A stretch of DNA of 57,841 bases, the filler included, from Platydemus manokwari (taxonomy: Eukaryota), in NCBI GenBank assembly GCA_037951405.1. It is 5 parts of 5 records of this genome, joined end to end, with 100 filler letters (N's around TTAATTAATTAA, not from the genome) between each part and the next. Parts side by side here need not be neighbours in the genome. Positions count along the whole stretch, not along the records: positions 9,722 to 20,561 come from JBBMOY011101665.1; positions 20,662 to 33,317 come from JBBMOY010027791.1; 3 more parts are not named here. One strand, written 5' to 3'. Under the pieces are notes generated by a model. It saw only the letters and a program-made list of their open reading frames with translations, searched no databases and had not been told where the DNA came from. Numbering within the stretch: the first letter of the stretch is position 1; the number at the start of each line of letters is the position of its first letter. Positions 15,247 through 26,434 of this stretch are shown here, piece after piece. The position numbers and the translations under genes were made by a program.

Positions 15247-15600
15247 CCAATATTCCAATATTTGTTGCTCCAATGAAGGTATTTGAGAACTGAAATGATT
15301 CCGCAGTATTACTCGAAGCACTATCAAATATAATCATCGGGAATTCTGATAGAATTCCACACGATGGCTTGATCTATACACACAATTCGATGGTCGATAT
15401 CGATAGCGATATTATGAATCCCAATATTCGGAATATTTGTTGTGTAAATAAAAGTATTCGATAACTGAAATGATTCTACAGTATTATCAAATATTAAATG
15501 TAAATATTAACATATGAATTCGAATAGAATCCCACATACCGCCTTGATCAATAGGTACAATTCGATGGTCGATATCGATAGCGATAATATGAATCCTAAT
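15247..15600. repeat. Tandem dimer of a ~175-bp unit
   Basis: Units start ccaatattc at 15247 and 15421; both carry aactgaaatgattc and an identical caattcgatggtcgatatcgatagcgat. Confidence 0.85.
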
Positions 15601-16359
15601 CCTCAATTTCAAAACCAAATCTGACGTATATTGTAATCGATAAAGCAAAATTAATAAGTGACATTAATGGAGGAAGAAATATCGAAAAAGAAACCACGTG
15701 AAAAGAAAATTCCTATTTGAGATTTATTTTGAAAATGATTACAGCAAACCGATGAATCACATGGAGTAAGGAAAAATTATATATATATTCAACCATGGGA
15801 AATCATTCCGCAAAACAGTGAAATATGATAAGTATTGAAGTATCGATTAATTTAAACTAGCTCTTCAAATCAATTAATTCATCAATAATCGTCATGATAA
15901 TAATAATTATCATTATTATTCATTAATATTCGATATTTCGCAACGCGCGATAATTGATTACATTTTCTCTCATCTCTCTCAGGCTCGTTTTTTTTTAATT
16001 CGGAATAAAAACATATCTAACATATTTCATCAATAATAAATAGCAGATATCGATTTGGCATTTGGAATCCAGGGAAGTTTAGAAAATTAAAAAGATGAAC
16101 TGGCAACGGAAAAAAATAATGTCAAATGAAAATATGTGTGCTGATGAGGAAAGTTCGATAAAGGAAAACCATGTACTTGAATCTGATTGGTCGATGGTGT
16201 TTGACATGAATTTACCGTTTTTCTTCACCGACCAATCACAATAAAGATCGCAAAAGTTATGGGAAAAGAAAAATTTGAGAAATATATTTACTAGAACAAT
16301 ATTTCTCCATTTTTTTTGCAAATTACTTTTTTTTCTCATTAGACGACACTGAAACTGAA

Positions 16360-16799
16360 ATGCTTTTAAAACCCGAACCATTGAAAGGATTGGACTGGCT
16401 CAGCCCAATTAGTGGGTACGACCGAGAAATGATTAAAAACTTCCAACAATTGTATTCACAGAAATTGTTAGCCGCAAAAAAGTCGATCTTTCCCACGACA
16501 ATGTTGATGAGATATCTTTATGGATGTCCGACAAATGGCAGTTTGTCCACCGATATTGGCAGCAAAACCAGCCCGTTTCGACCTTATCAAAAGCCGGAAA
16601 GTGAGAGCATTAAAACCAATGATTCCGTTAACAGTTCTGAAGAATTGGAATGTGAGACTCGATTGAAGTCTCCGATCAGTTCCACCGCTGAGAACTTCAC
16701 CTACACCATGCTCAATAAAACCTACATTGCGAGTTTCAACAACGAAGGTGAAAAATTGCTCTGCTTGCCACAGATATTAAATTTATTGAAGAACGTCGA
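16360..16799 (+). CDS. ski: Ski exon 1 (N-terminus and start of the Ski_Sno domain)
   Basis: ORF ends ...IASFNNEGEKLLCLPQILNLLKNV. GT donor at 16800; 61-nt intron to ttcag at 16860 restores the frame. Confidence 0.9.
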
Positions 16800-19700
16800 G
16801 TAAAAAAATTATTTTTCTGGGATCTATTGGTTTTTTTTAACAGCGCTTTTTTCGCTTCAGCATCAGTGATATCAACGAGGCTATCAATTCGATGGGAATC
16901 ATTTGCACTGAATGTGATGAGGAGCGATTGGGAGTGTTGCATAAGCATAACATTTTACCAAAACAAGTCACCTGTTGCGGTTTGATATCACAATCGAATG
17001 CCGAACGATTATTGAAGCTGTTTAACAACGCAAATATCGATACAAATCCCGGAGAAGTAAATAACAACTCATCGTCATCGGATAAGATCAATCTCGATTC
17101 GGCTGCTTATCATCAAATCCGAGTGACCCACGACTGTTTCGGCCAACAGAAGGGCATCATTTTTCCATTGAAATATACTCATTCCAATGCTCAATGCATC
17201 GAATGTTTGGAGTGCAGCAGAATGATGTGTCCGGTGGATTTTGTCGGTCACACCCATCAGGAATTCGGTTCGAAATGGAGTGAAACACAAGTCTGTCATT
17301 GGGGTTTCGATTCGACAAATTGGCGTTGGTATTTACGATTGAGTGAAGACTGCACGAGAACGAAATTGGAAGAAGAAAGTCTGAATGATTATTTGGATGA
17401 AATCAAGAAACGATTTTGTACCAGTATCAGCGAGCTACCACCAAGAAGGTGAAAATTTATTATCGATTTATATCATTTCATATTCGAATTGACCAATTAT
17501 ATCGTATATCATTAAATCACAGTATTAAGATAAGTGATGTAAGGACCCTCATGTTTCACAGGGTTTAAACAAATACATCAATGATATTAAATTCTTTTAT
17601 ACAGTTTATGATATAATGATTCATAATCACAATACGTATTTGCCCGAGATGATCCTTTTTCATATAATATTATATTGAATAGCCCTCAAAACTTTGATCA
17701 GATTCCTATTGTAATTTCTCCTTAGTGTTTTTACCCGAGCTATTTAATACACAACTTGTACGAACTCGGATAGCTTGTCTTACATTCTCCTGTTCGGTTT
17801 AATTGGGCTACTTGTTGTCAAAGAATCGTACGGTGAATATCGAATGAAAAATGATCCTTCCTACTTAGAGTTAGATTAAAAAATTCCCTGTCGAGATGAA
17901 AGTCTCATCTATGATCGCATCGCAGAGTATAATTTGGAGATAATTATCGACCTTGATAGTGAGCATTAACGGTTGGAGATTGTATAAATGCCATGGATTT
18001 GCAGAGATCAATAATCAGAGTTCTATGGTAAAAAACATAAGAGAAATATGCAGAACTTAAATGTGGCAAGAGAAACGAACAAAGCGTGCCGTGCTTCAAT
18101 CTCCGAGAATTGAAGAGTTGGCAGCGTTCATGCCAGCAGCACTAGTAACCCGAGCCAATATTCACACCACCCCAGCACCAGTTTTTTCCCTGCCAGCTAT
18201 TAACGAGGCCGGGGAGAGCATGACGATTACTCATCTACAGAGATTGCTGCCGGTTGCCAGTGTTGGTTAAGCTCGTATGTGTCATGCAAGGCTTAATTTG
18301 GCCATCGGTCTCAGGAGTGTGGTCTTTGTTTAGTGAGAAATGCTAAACCGCGTTTTTACTCATCCCCTCAACCTGGCTGATGTCCAAATGCTGACAGACA
18401 AGATGGGGAAAATGAGTACAATAAATACTAACGTTTAATGGCTGTCCATTTTACTTACCATTCGTAGAAATCAATTTTTCAATCATTTGATGTGCCTGGT
18501 CGTGATTGGCACGAAAATTTCACTTCAGAACTGGTACCGCCATGAATGATTATGAATCTATCTGTTTTACCATTTTTGTTGACTACCGATAACAATCTCT
18601 GCCGTTTAAGTTGAATGATATCTGCAGTAACCATATGATATCATGTCCTTTACGCAACAGCATCTTCCCGTACACGAGAAGCACCCAAATCAAAATTTAA
18701 TTTATCATTGAATTCAATAAGTTAATACTTATATTGTAATCAAAATCCTTCTCAAACAAAACTCATATGTATTCCACATGACCATTTTTCACCATTACCA
18801 TGGTAATAGGTTGTCAAGTATAATCACACATGCACTACCTGCAGTCATTTTCTGACGCAGAACGTTGATAAGTTATCGAGGAAATATTTGGAATTAATGA
18901 TCAATAAAATAGTGTAGATACTATTAAGCACCTGAACGAACTACAAACCAATATATATATATATATATATATATTGATTACACGAAAAGAAAAGGGTCCT
19001 TCTTTTATTATATATGTATAATATTTTTAATAAAGTTTATTATAATAGTTTATTATTAAAAATTATATTATAATTCCCATTATATATAAATATCACTTTA
19101 TTAAAACAAATTTAATAATATTTCATAGATAACAATATTTTATGTTTTCAGATCAATCCAATTGCCAAACTCGTCTCAATCGTTTTCCGAAGCTCATTTT
19201 AAAAGTAATTTCCTCTTTTAATTCCATTTCCAATCCAATTCTAGGACTCATTTCTGCTAATAGATTGTTGCCTATTTTGTTCTGCTTAGTTTTCCCAATT
19301 AAATCTCGTCATTAGCTTAAGAGAAACAATTAAACTCACTAGTTGCTAACACAACTCCTCTACACGGAACACACCTCTGGTGGTTGCTAATTGTTTTGTT
19401 TTAGTTTGGTTTGGTTTGGTTTGGTTTGGTTTTTTACATTAATTACTGGTTGGGTTTCGAAGGAACAGTAACAAAATATCGCTGTTGCTACACCGTTGCT
19501 ATACATGAATATCAAATGAGAACATAATCATTGCAGAACTAGTTTCAAGACCCTACATGATTTACAAGAATAAGTTTTTGCTCTATCAAGCAGAGAAATT
19601 CTGCAATCAAAATAAAACAAAAACAAAAACGGCAACACGAACAATATTAATCAGCAACTCGACGACAATTTTTATTATTTTAGGTTTGCATTTATCTGGT

Positions 19701-20104
19701 GCAGTATTCCAACAGTGCGTAACGAAAATCAATGGCAACAACAATTTATCGAGCCGTGAAGAAAAGATGCAACTCCTCAATGCTCTGTTTCTGCTTCGAC
19801 AGGAGCATCTGCAACAGATAAACAATTTGATTACCGAACGACAACAATTGATTGAGGTGAGGTTTATGACGCAATCATTTCATTGTTATGGTTACCATTT
19901 GGAACTGCTAATCGATGATCAATGTCTACTTTGTTTGGTCTCATTCAGGGTCTGATGAAAAAGAGCAGCCAAAAATCCATTGAAGACAATCAAACCGACC
20001 AATTACTTCAAATTATCAAACTGAAAACGGCAATTCTGAAAAAGGAACAAATTAATCGCAAACGACCTGCGTCTAGCAATTCAGACATTAGAGTGAGTTC
20101 ATGA
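16360..20104 (+). CDS. ski: Ski/SnoN-family transcriptional co-repressor (Ski_Sno/DHD domain, SAND-like Smad4-binding domain, C-terminal coiled-coil-like region); spliced model, ~469 aa
   Basis: Exons 16360-16799, 16861-17448, 19152-19204, 19684-19856, 19949-20104 join in frame through GT-AG introns (1410 nt). DHD segment: EKLLCLPQILNLLKNVDISDINEAINSMGIICTECDEERLGVLHKHNILPKQVTCCGLISQSNAERL. SAND segment: VTHDCFG..KG, CIECLEC...FVGHTH, CHWGFDSTNWRWYL. Exons 3-5 rest only on splice signals and phase compatibility. Confidence 0.88.
16861..17448 (+). CDS. ski: Ski exon 2 (end of Ski_Sno domain and Smad4-binding SAND-like domain)
   Basis: Contains CCGLISQSNAERL, HDCFG, CxxC...HxH and CHWGFDSTNW; donor AG|GTGAAA at 17449. 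Confidence 0.93.
17538..17784. mobile_element. LTR-like segment in Ski intron 2
   Basis: Bounded by tgtaagg ... tcttaca (TG...CA with 6-bp inverted ends). On the minus strand, purine-rich ggagaa abuts the right end. GC-richer decayed sequence follows to ~18700. No TSD seen. Confidence 0.4.
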
Positions 20105-20561
20105 TTATGTCGCGCGCAACAAATCTCATTGGCCTAAACTGATTGCAAAAAACTTAAAATACAAAAAAATAACATTTTTCTTTTCATCTGTTTTCATTAA
20201 TGTCTGTCTGGGAGAAATATTCTGTTAGACGCGATGAAATATTTGCGCCCTATCGAATGATAATAATGTTTTATGGGGAAATTATGGGAATACAAATGAT
20301 TTTGTTTGAATGAATGTTTGGATTTAATATATCGTTTATTGATTCTCGTTAACACGTTTCGATTTGTCAAAGATTGATGGAATCTTGATGTTGGTGATGA
20401 ATATGTTTACAACTCGATCTTTAATCGATATAATCATGCTTTATTATTGATTCGCATATTTATATGCTCGATATTAGAATTCTATAATTTATCTGGCCAG
20501 TAATATTTATAAACAAATCAATCTTTCGATAATTCTCAATTGGTTTATTTATTTATATTTT

Positions 20562-20661
20562 NNNNNNNNNNNNNNNNNNNNNNNNNNNNNNNNNNNNNNN
20601 NNNNNTTAATTAATTAANNNNNNNNNNNNNNNNNNNNNNNNNNNNNNNNNNNNNNNNNNNN
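20562..20661. other. Artificial contig linker N44-TTAATTAATTAA-N44
   Basis: Same structure as the first linker. Confidence 0.95.
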
Positions 20662-21242
20662 AATTCCTTTTCTTATTTTCAATGATTGTAGCTGCATGCA
20701 CTTGCACAAAACGCAAATATTGACAAAAAAATAACACCATCTAACTACCAACTGACATTTGTGAGATATGCGTGCGCGCCATAAAACTATCAATAAAAAT
20801 GCAACCATAGTATTTTAATTAAATGAACTATTGTTTATTTGAAAATGATTCTCATAAATTAAATATAATTAGTCTCTCATAAATCATTCGAAGATTCATA
20901 TTCTAACCATAATTGTTATAAGTATTCTTAAATCATCACGTTTGCAAATTTTCGAAAACCGATTATTTTTACTCATCATATTTTCCCTGTTGAAATTCAA
21001 TATTTTATGACCAGAATTTTTTCAAAATTAACTATCAATTTTAAATCGATAAATTAATTGATGGGAGTTTCTCTATTCATTGACTTGATAGTAGGAATGA
21101 TTAATAATTTGTTATTTGGAACCCTTAGTTTTCGGACCACGTTAAATACTTTTCTAATGAATTTGATTATGAGACAAGTAAAGCTTTTGTTTGCCAAATC
21201 GATATTTTGTCTAGATTCTTACTTTAATTAATTGGATTAAAA

Positions 21243-21754
21243 TAGTGATTCCCAAACTTTTCGGGTGTACAGCCCCCTTTTCAGAATAAATTTCACTTAG
21301 CGCCTCCAAACTAACCCACACCAATTTTTTTTAACTTTTAGTAGAAATTTATAAAAAATATTAATATTACTATATTTTGTTACTTAATTTTAACTTCTCG
21401 TAATATCACAACAAATTAACCTTTCTTTTAGTTTTATTTCAGTTAATCCTTACGGGGAATCTCAGAAATACTACCGCTCTACAACAAGACTTCGGCGTGG
21501 CAAGCGACAAAGTCCACAAGCAGTAGTATTGAGTGCGCGATTACACGTGCTTCAATAAAAATTAGTGAGAACGTACAGTACGTTGTTTAAAGACAAATTA
21601 GGCGTTTTGAGTAAAGATACATCAAAATCTTTAATAATCCTTTTTTTACTTTCTTATAGTATTATCGCCTCAAATGAGATTGTATTCATCACCGACCCTC
21701 TGGATCCTTGCAGCACTCACTAGGGGGTGGTAGCGCCCACTTTGGGAATTACTG
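21243..21754. mobile_element. Non-autonomous hAT (Charlie-like) MITE, 512 bp
   Basis: TIRs tagtgattcccaaa ... tttgggaattactg; degenerate 8-bp TSD gattaaaa / gattcaac; GC-rich sub-terminal motifs; no ORF. Confidence 0.75.
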
Positions 21755-23044
21755 GATTCAACCATACTGTTTTATTGAAATACATGGTCCGATTTATCTA
21801 TTTTTTTGATATTGTAATAATCTTTCCTAACCAATTTTATTAACTTTTTAAATGAAATTCTTACATCGAAACGTTATCTCCACTAAATACGATCAGCTTC
21901 ACACGGTGATTTAGTTTATTTTAGATCTCTGTTATCTCTTGCAACAAATAATAGGCTAAGCTATTTTATCTCTATATGACTTTTAATATTTTTCCCGAGT
22001 TGGAGAAATTTATAATTAAATAACTCTAGAGATGAGATTTGTTCAACTCAAACTTACTTTCCACAAATTAGCTACTAAATTACTTGATTTTGACGAAGCG
22101 GTAATAAATCTATTCTATTCATCTGCGATTTTTCTTTGCCATAAATATGTAATGGAAAAAATCAATAAAAAATTATATAAGAATGTATATCAAAAGGAGG
22201 CTGTTAATTTCAATGAATTTAGAATCCAAAAGATCAGAGAGAACTCTTCTTAAAATTTTTATATAATTGTTAGATATAAGATAAATAAAATCAATTCTTG
22301 ACATCATATCTATAGAAATCAAAATATTGATGCTAATAATTCTGTTATAAATAACTCAAAATCAAACACACCAGGTATAAATTGATTTAAAATCGTACCA
22401 AATTATCAACTAATTAAAAATAAATGTAAAATCGTATTGAAATAATCTATAAATTAAAGACTCTCATTGATTAATTTTATTACATATAGATAGATAAAGT
22501 CTCACAAAGAATCATAGACAACTGAATGACCCCACTAGCAGCAAACTAGAAGAAGAAAAGTAAATTTATTTCAAAGTTAAAGAAAACAAAGTGAGGTAGA
22601 AGTATCAGTTGAAAGAACAAAATATATTTCCCCAAAGCTTAGAAAATTATTGGAGTCAGCTTTGAGAATCAAAAACACCAGGAGTAAATTATTTGTTGAC
22701 CGTTTAGTGATGTTATTATCAATAAAGGAGTTGATTATCGTCACATTTTGCACTTTAAACTTGAAAAGTTTGAATCTCTCTTTTCACTTGGACTAGAGTC
22801 TGTATAATTATCCTGGACTTCAGTGTTTCCATTAAATCCTTTAGCCCACATCATTGCAGCAAGGCAAATTTACGATATTACAATTTCTATGTTTATATTT
22901 ATTTTTTATTTTCCTACTTATCGACAATTACCTTTAACGATAAAATTTAATTCACCGTTATGTCAGGTGATGGGCATTGTGTAATAAATTTTGAATATTT
23001 AAATAGCGTGGATTCAATTAAACTTGGTCGACGATTTTACTAGA

Positions 23045-23393
23045 TTAAGTATCAGTGTTAGTATCAGTTCTCTATCAAATTTCCAAATAACAATGGCTTT
23101 ATATTTCTATTCAAGTCACTTTATATAATCATCATTATTTCCTTAATACAGCTTATTTATCAATTTAGAAGTTCTACAATTATACACACAGATTCTGAGC
23201 CAAACTTTTATTGTGAAAAAACACCAGATGACTATCATGTGGAGAACACAACACCTCGAGGTTAATATGGTTTTAGATATATCGATATAATTACGCTAAA
23301 TTCGACATTTTTATCTTTCGAACTATAGTTATTTTTTATTTCATCAAATAAAATATCAAAATTAAATTTCCGAATAATGGTTTTTGGCTCTGA
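23045..23393 (+). repeat. Dispersed repeat family B, copy 1 (~350 bp)
   Basis: Near-identical to 26750-27132 (ttctctatcaaatttccaaataacaa...gactatcatgtggagaacacaacac...tttggctctgaa). Confidence 0.9.
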
Positions 23394-23579
23394 AATATTC
23401 GAAAAAATTCACGATTGCACTATCAGATTCAAATGTCTGGTCTAAGATATTAACTCTTTTTAAATTTCCACTCTAATATTTTGGCTGTCTGATTATTAGA
23501 TGGATTGCTTTAACTTATAACATTTTAATTTTCTAATTTGTTATAATTGTTTATTTCATTTTATTGTTAATTAATATTG

Positions 23580-23580
<1 letters not shown>

Positions 23581-23623
<43 letters not shown>

Positions 23624-23654
23624 TTAATAATATTAATAATATTAATAATAATAA
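23581..23654. repeat. (AAT)n microsatellite
   Basis: Direct reading. Confidence 0.9.
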
Positions 23655-26214
23655 CGCCAAAGCTTAAATGTCAACACCCCATGATTATCAAATGTCAAAT
23701 TATTTTAGACAAATATTTTGTCTTTGAGTTTTATAATTTATGATACTTTATTTTTAGCATTGGCGTACCTTATAGAGTAGCTCATTTGAAGCTCGAAATC
23801 CATCATAACATCAAATGATTTTACCGCTTTTATATGAACTTATTTAAAACCCAAGTTCAATTTTAAACCTTATAAATATTGAAACTTTGATGTCTGGTGT
23901 ATGAAATATTAAAAACAAATAGTCAAGAATGTCGAGAGTAGATATTATATAATCTCTCCTAAAGAATTGATGATAATCGGAGATGACGATTCATAATTTA
24001 TCACATAGCTACTATATTTATCGATAACTGATTTCTGTTATTGTATATTTAACGGTCCAAACCGTCGTGTGATAGACAAATGTGAAACTTACGAACGAAT
24101 AAAAGTAAAGTCTTTAATAAAGCACTTTTGAAATTTAAATTAAGCTTATCAATATTTTCTTTAAATGAATTATATAAAACGGATTAGTTGTCAATTCATT
24201 TTAATTTAAAACCATTGATAGTATTATTGTCATTCTAAGTTGCAAATCAATTTATAGAAATGTTGTGAATTAATTTTTATGCTTCTAAACTAAAATGAAA
24301 TTCAAGAGTCCATATTTTATATAAAGAAATTTTATTTCAATTGTTGTTTTAAGCTTAAAATCAATCTCAACAGTATTCAATTGTTTTTTTTTTAATCACT
24401 TATAAGTGTTATTTATAGTTTTAACACTATAAATAAAATATTTCTAACTGAATTAATAGTTAATCATTAGGTTAAAGTAAATTAAGAAACGATAATTATT
24501 TATAAAATATTAATAGTTGTTAACAATACTTCAAAATTAAAAAACAAATTGTTTTATTTGACTATTTTTTAAGATGATTATAATAAACATGTTTTCGCAT
24601 TTCATTAGGATATTTGATAAATGTTTTTATGATCAATTTTATTGTATTTTTTTGATATATCACAACATATACATAGATAATAAAGTACCCATCACCGTTT
24701 TCGGTCGAGTTTTGAAAACAGTTTTATTTTGACGAAATGCTTTTGTTTTTATTTTATGATTATTGGTATACATTAACGATATAAATTATAAATAATAATA
24801 GTTAATATTAAATAAAAATTATATAATGTACAACATCGTAATTTATAGTACCATTTATTCATGCGTTTCACTTTAAATACGAAGTTCTATTAAAATTTAT
24901 ACATATACTCTTGTAATATAATTATATAAGCCATAGATTAATGATAATTAATCTAAATAATACAATTACAATCCGTTAAGCTTTGTTAATAGTCATAAGT
25001 AGCTAACTTTAAACACATTTGATTTATTAATAAATACAACTATAGCGACATATATTGAGTCATCGCAAATTGCACATTCATCTCTAAATTCGTAAGGTCA
25101 TCGAGAGAACAAGCGTCGTATTTAATTGGAAAAGTAATTTTAAAATCAATTGTTAGATCCTGGCAAAGAATAATGAACTTCTTTTTGTTGCATTAAATTA
25201 TTTAATCTGCAAATGAAAATTTAATAAAATACAATAGTAAAATTCATTAAATATTTACAAGGTTGAAATGACGACAGAATTGATTTTATTAATATTTAAT
25301 ACTAAGCGTTTTCTAATTTTATTTGATTTCTAATTTTTAGTTTCATTATTTTTCTAAAACTGTATAATATATATTTTTTGTGATACCTAAAGCTAAAAAT
25401 TCGAATTTTTCAGAAACTTAATGTTTCAGCAATAAAACAAATATATTGAATCGACAACAGAATTAGAATTATTAATTTTATTTAATTTAAAATTACAAAT
25501 TATATTTTATTTGTAATTTTTGTTCATAAATATAAAATATAACAATGATAGGTTTTTCCTAAGCCTATTTGGAAAATTAGTCCAATTATACCCAATTAAA
25601 CTAATCAACAACTGTAATATATTCCAAAGTTAAAAAAATTTTATATCGGTGGCTTCATTTAATATCACAAAACAGTTAAATGTAATGCATAATAATATTT
25701 GCAATAAATAATAGTTTTTTTTAATTACGTTATAACTAAGTAAATAATTTGTCAAATACTTATCCAAACATAGCAATATCGCGATACAAATTGCATATAT
25801 TTTCTAAATACAGAGAGAAACACTAATTCCATTCATAAATCCAAGTGTACAATGAAAAATATAACTCAGCAAGGTTCCATATTTAAATGAATGAATGGAA
25901 GGGAAATGTGAATAAAAATTTTCAAAATCTATTATATATCGTTATAAAAATAAAAACTGCAATTCACAGTTGTGCACAATATATGTGAATAAAATCCTAA
26001 TTAGTAAAATTGTTCTAATTTGCCATTACTGTTGATATAATATATAAATATATATCTTTAATACCATATATACAGGCTAACAATGCATCTCTTCCTTATT
26101 AAATGACACCGATTAGAAATTCAAACAAACACAGATACATAATGAAATTATACTAAAAACTACAAATGAGCACAAGTTCATAAAGCATATCTAAAGCTAA
26201 TATAACTGTTATTA

Positions 26215-26434
26215 TTAAGCTGTGACATTACGATGCTTCAACTCTGGTGATTCTCTAGCTGAAGGAGGATTGACAACAATTTCAGGAGTCGTCATATAAT
26301 GCGGATTTCGATTTGTATTAAAATCACCTGAGTCATTTAATAAAGGTTGACTGTTATCTGTATACCCATGATCTCCTGCTTCAATGTCTTTGTCTCCAGA
26401 TTTTTCGGTGTTGTGTTCACGCTTCTTTCGTTTT
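26215..26434 (-). CDS. slc4a: SLC4 terminal exon (cytoplasmic tail ending RNVTA*)
   Basis: catag| acceptor is phase 2, matching the AA|GTAGAG donor at 28557; hydrophilic ORF to TAA. Confidence 0.75.

Noticed and set aside
16800-16892. Apparent stop/frameshift splitting Ski into two ORFs (pseudogene or readthrough)
   Set aside because: Explained by a 61-nt GT-AG intron.
16736-17299. Antisense ORFs over Ski (also 36226-36489, 36308-36649, 38927-39109, 39306-39494, 19607-19825)
   Set aside because: Shadows or alternative frames of real exons with no recognisable protein features.
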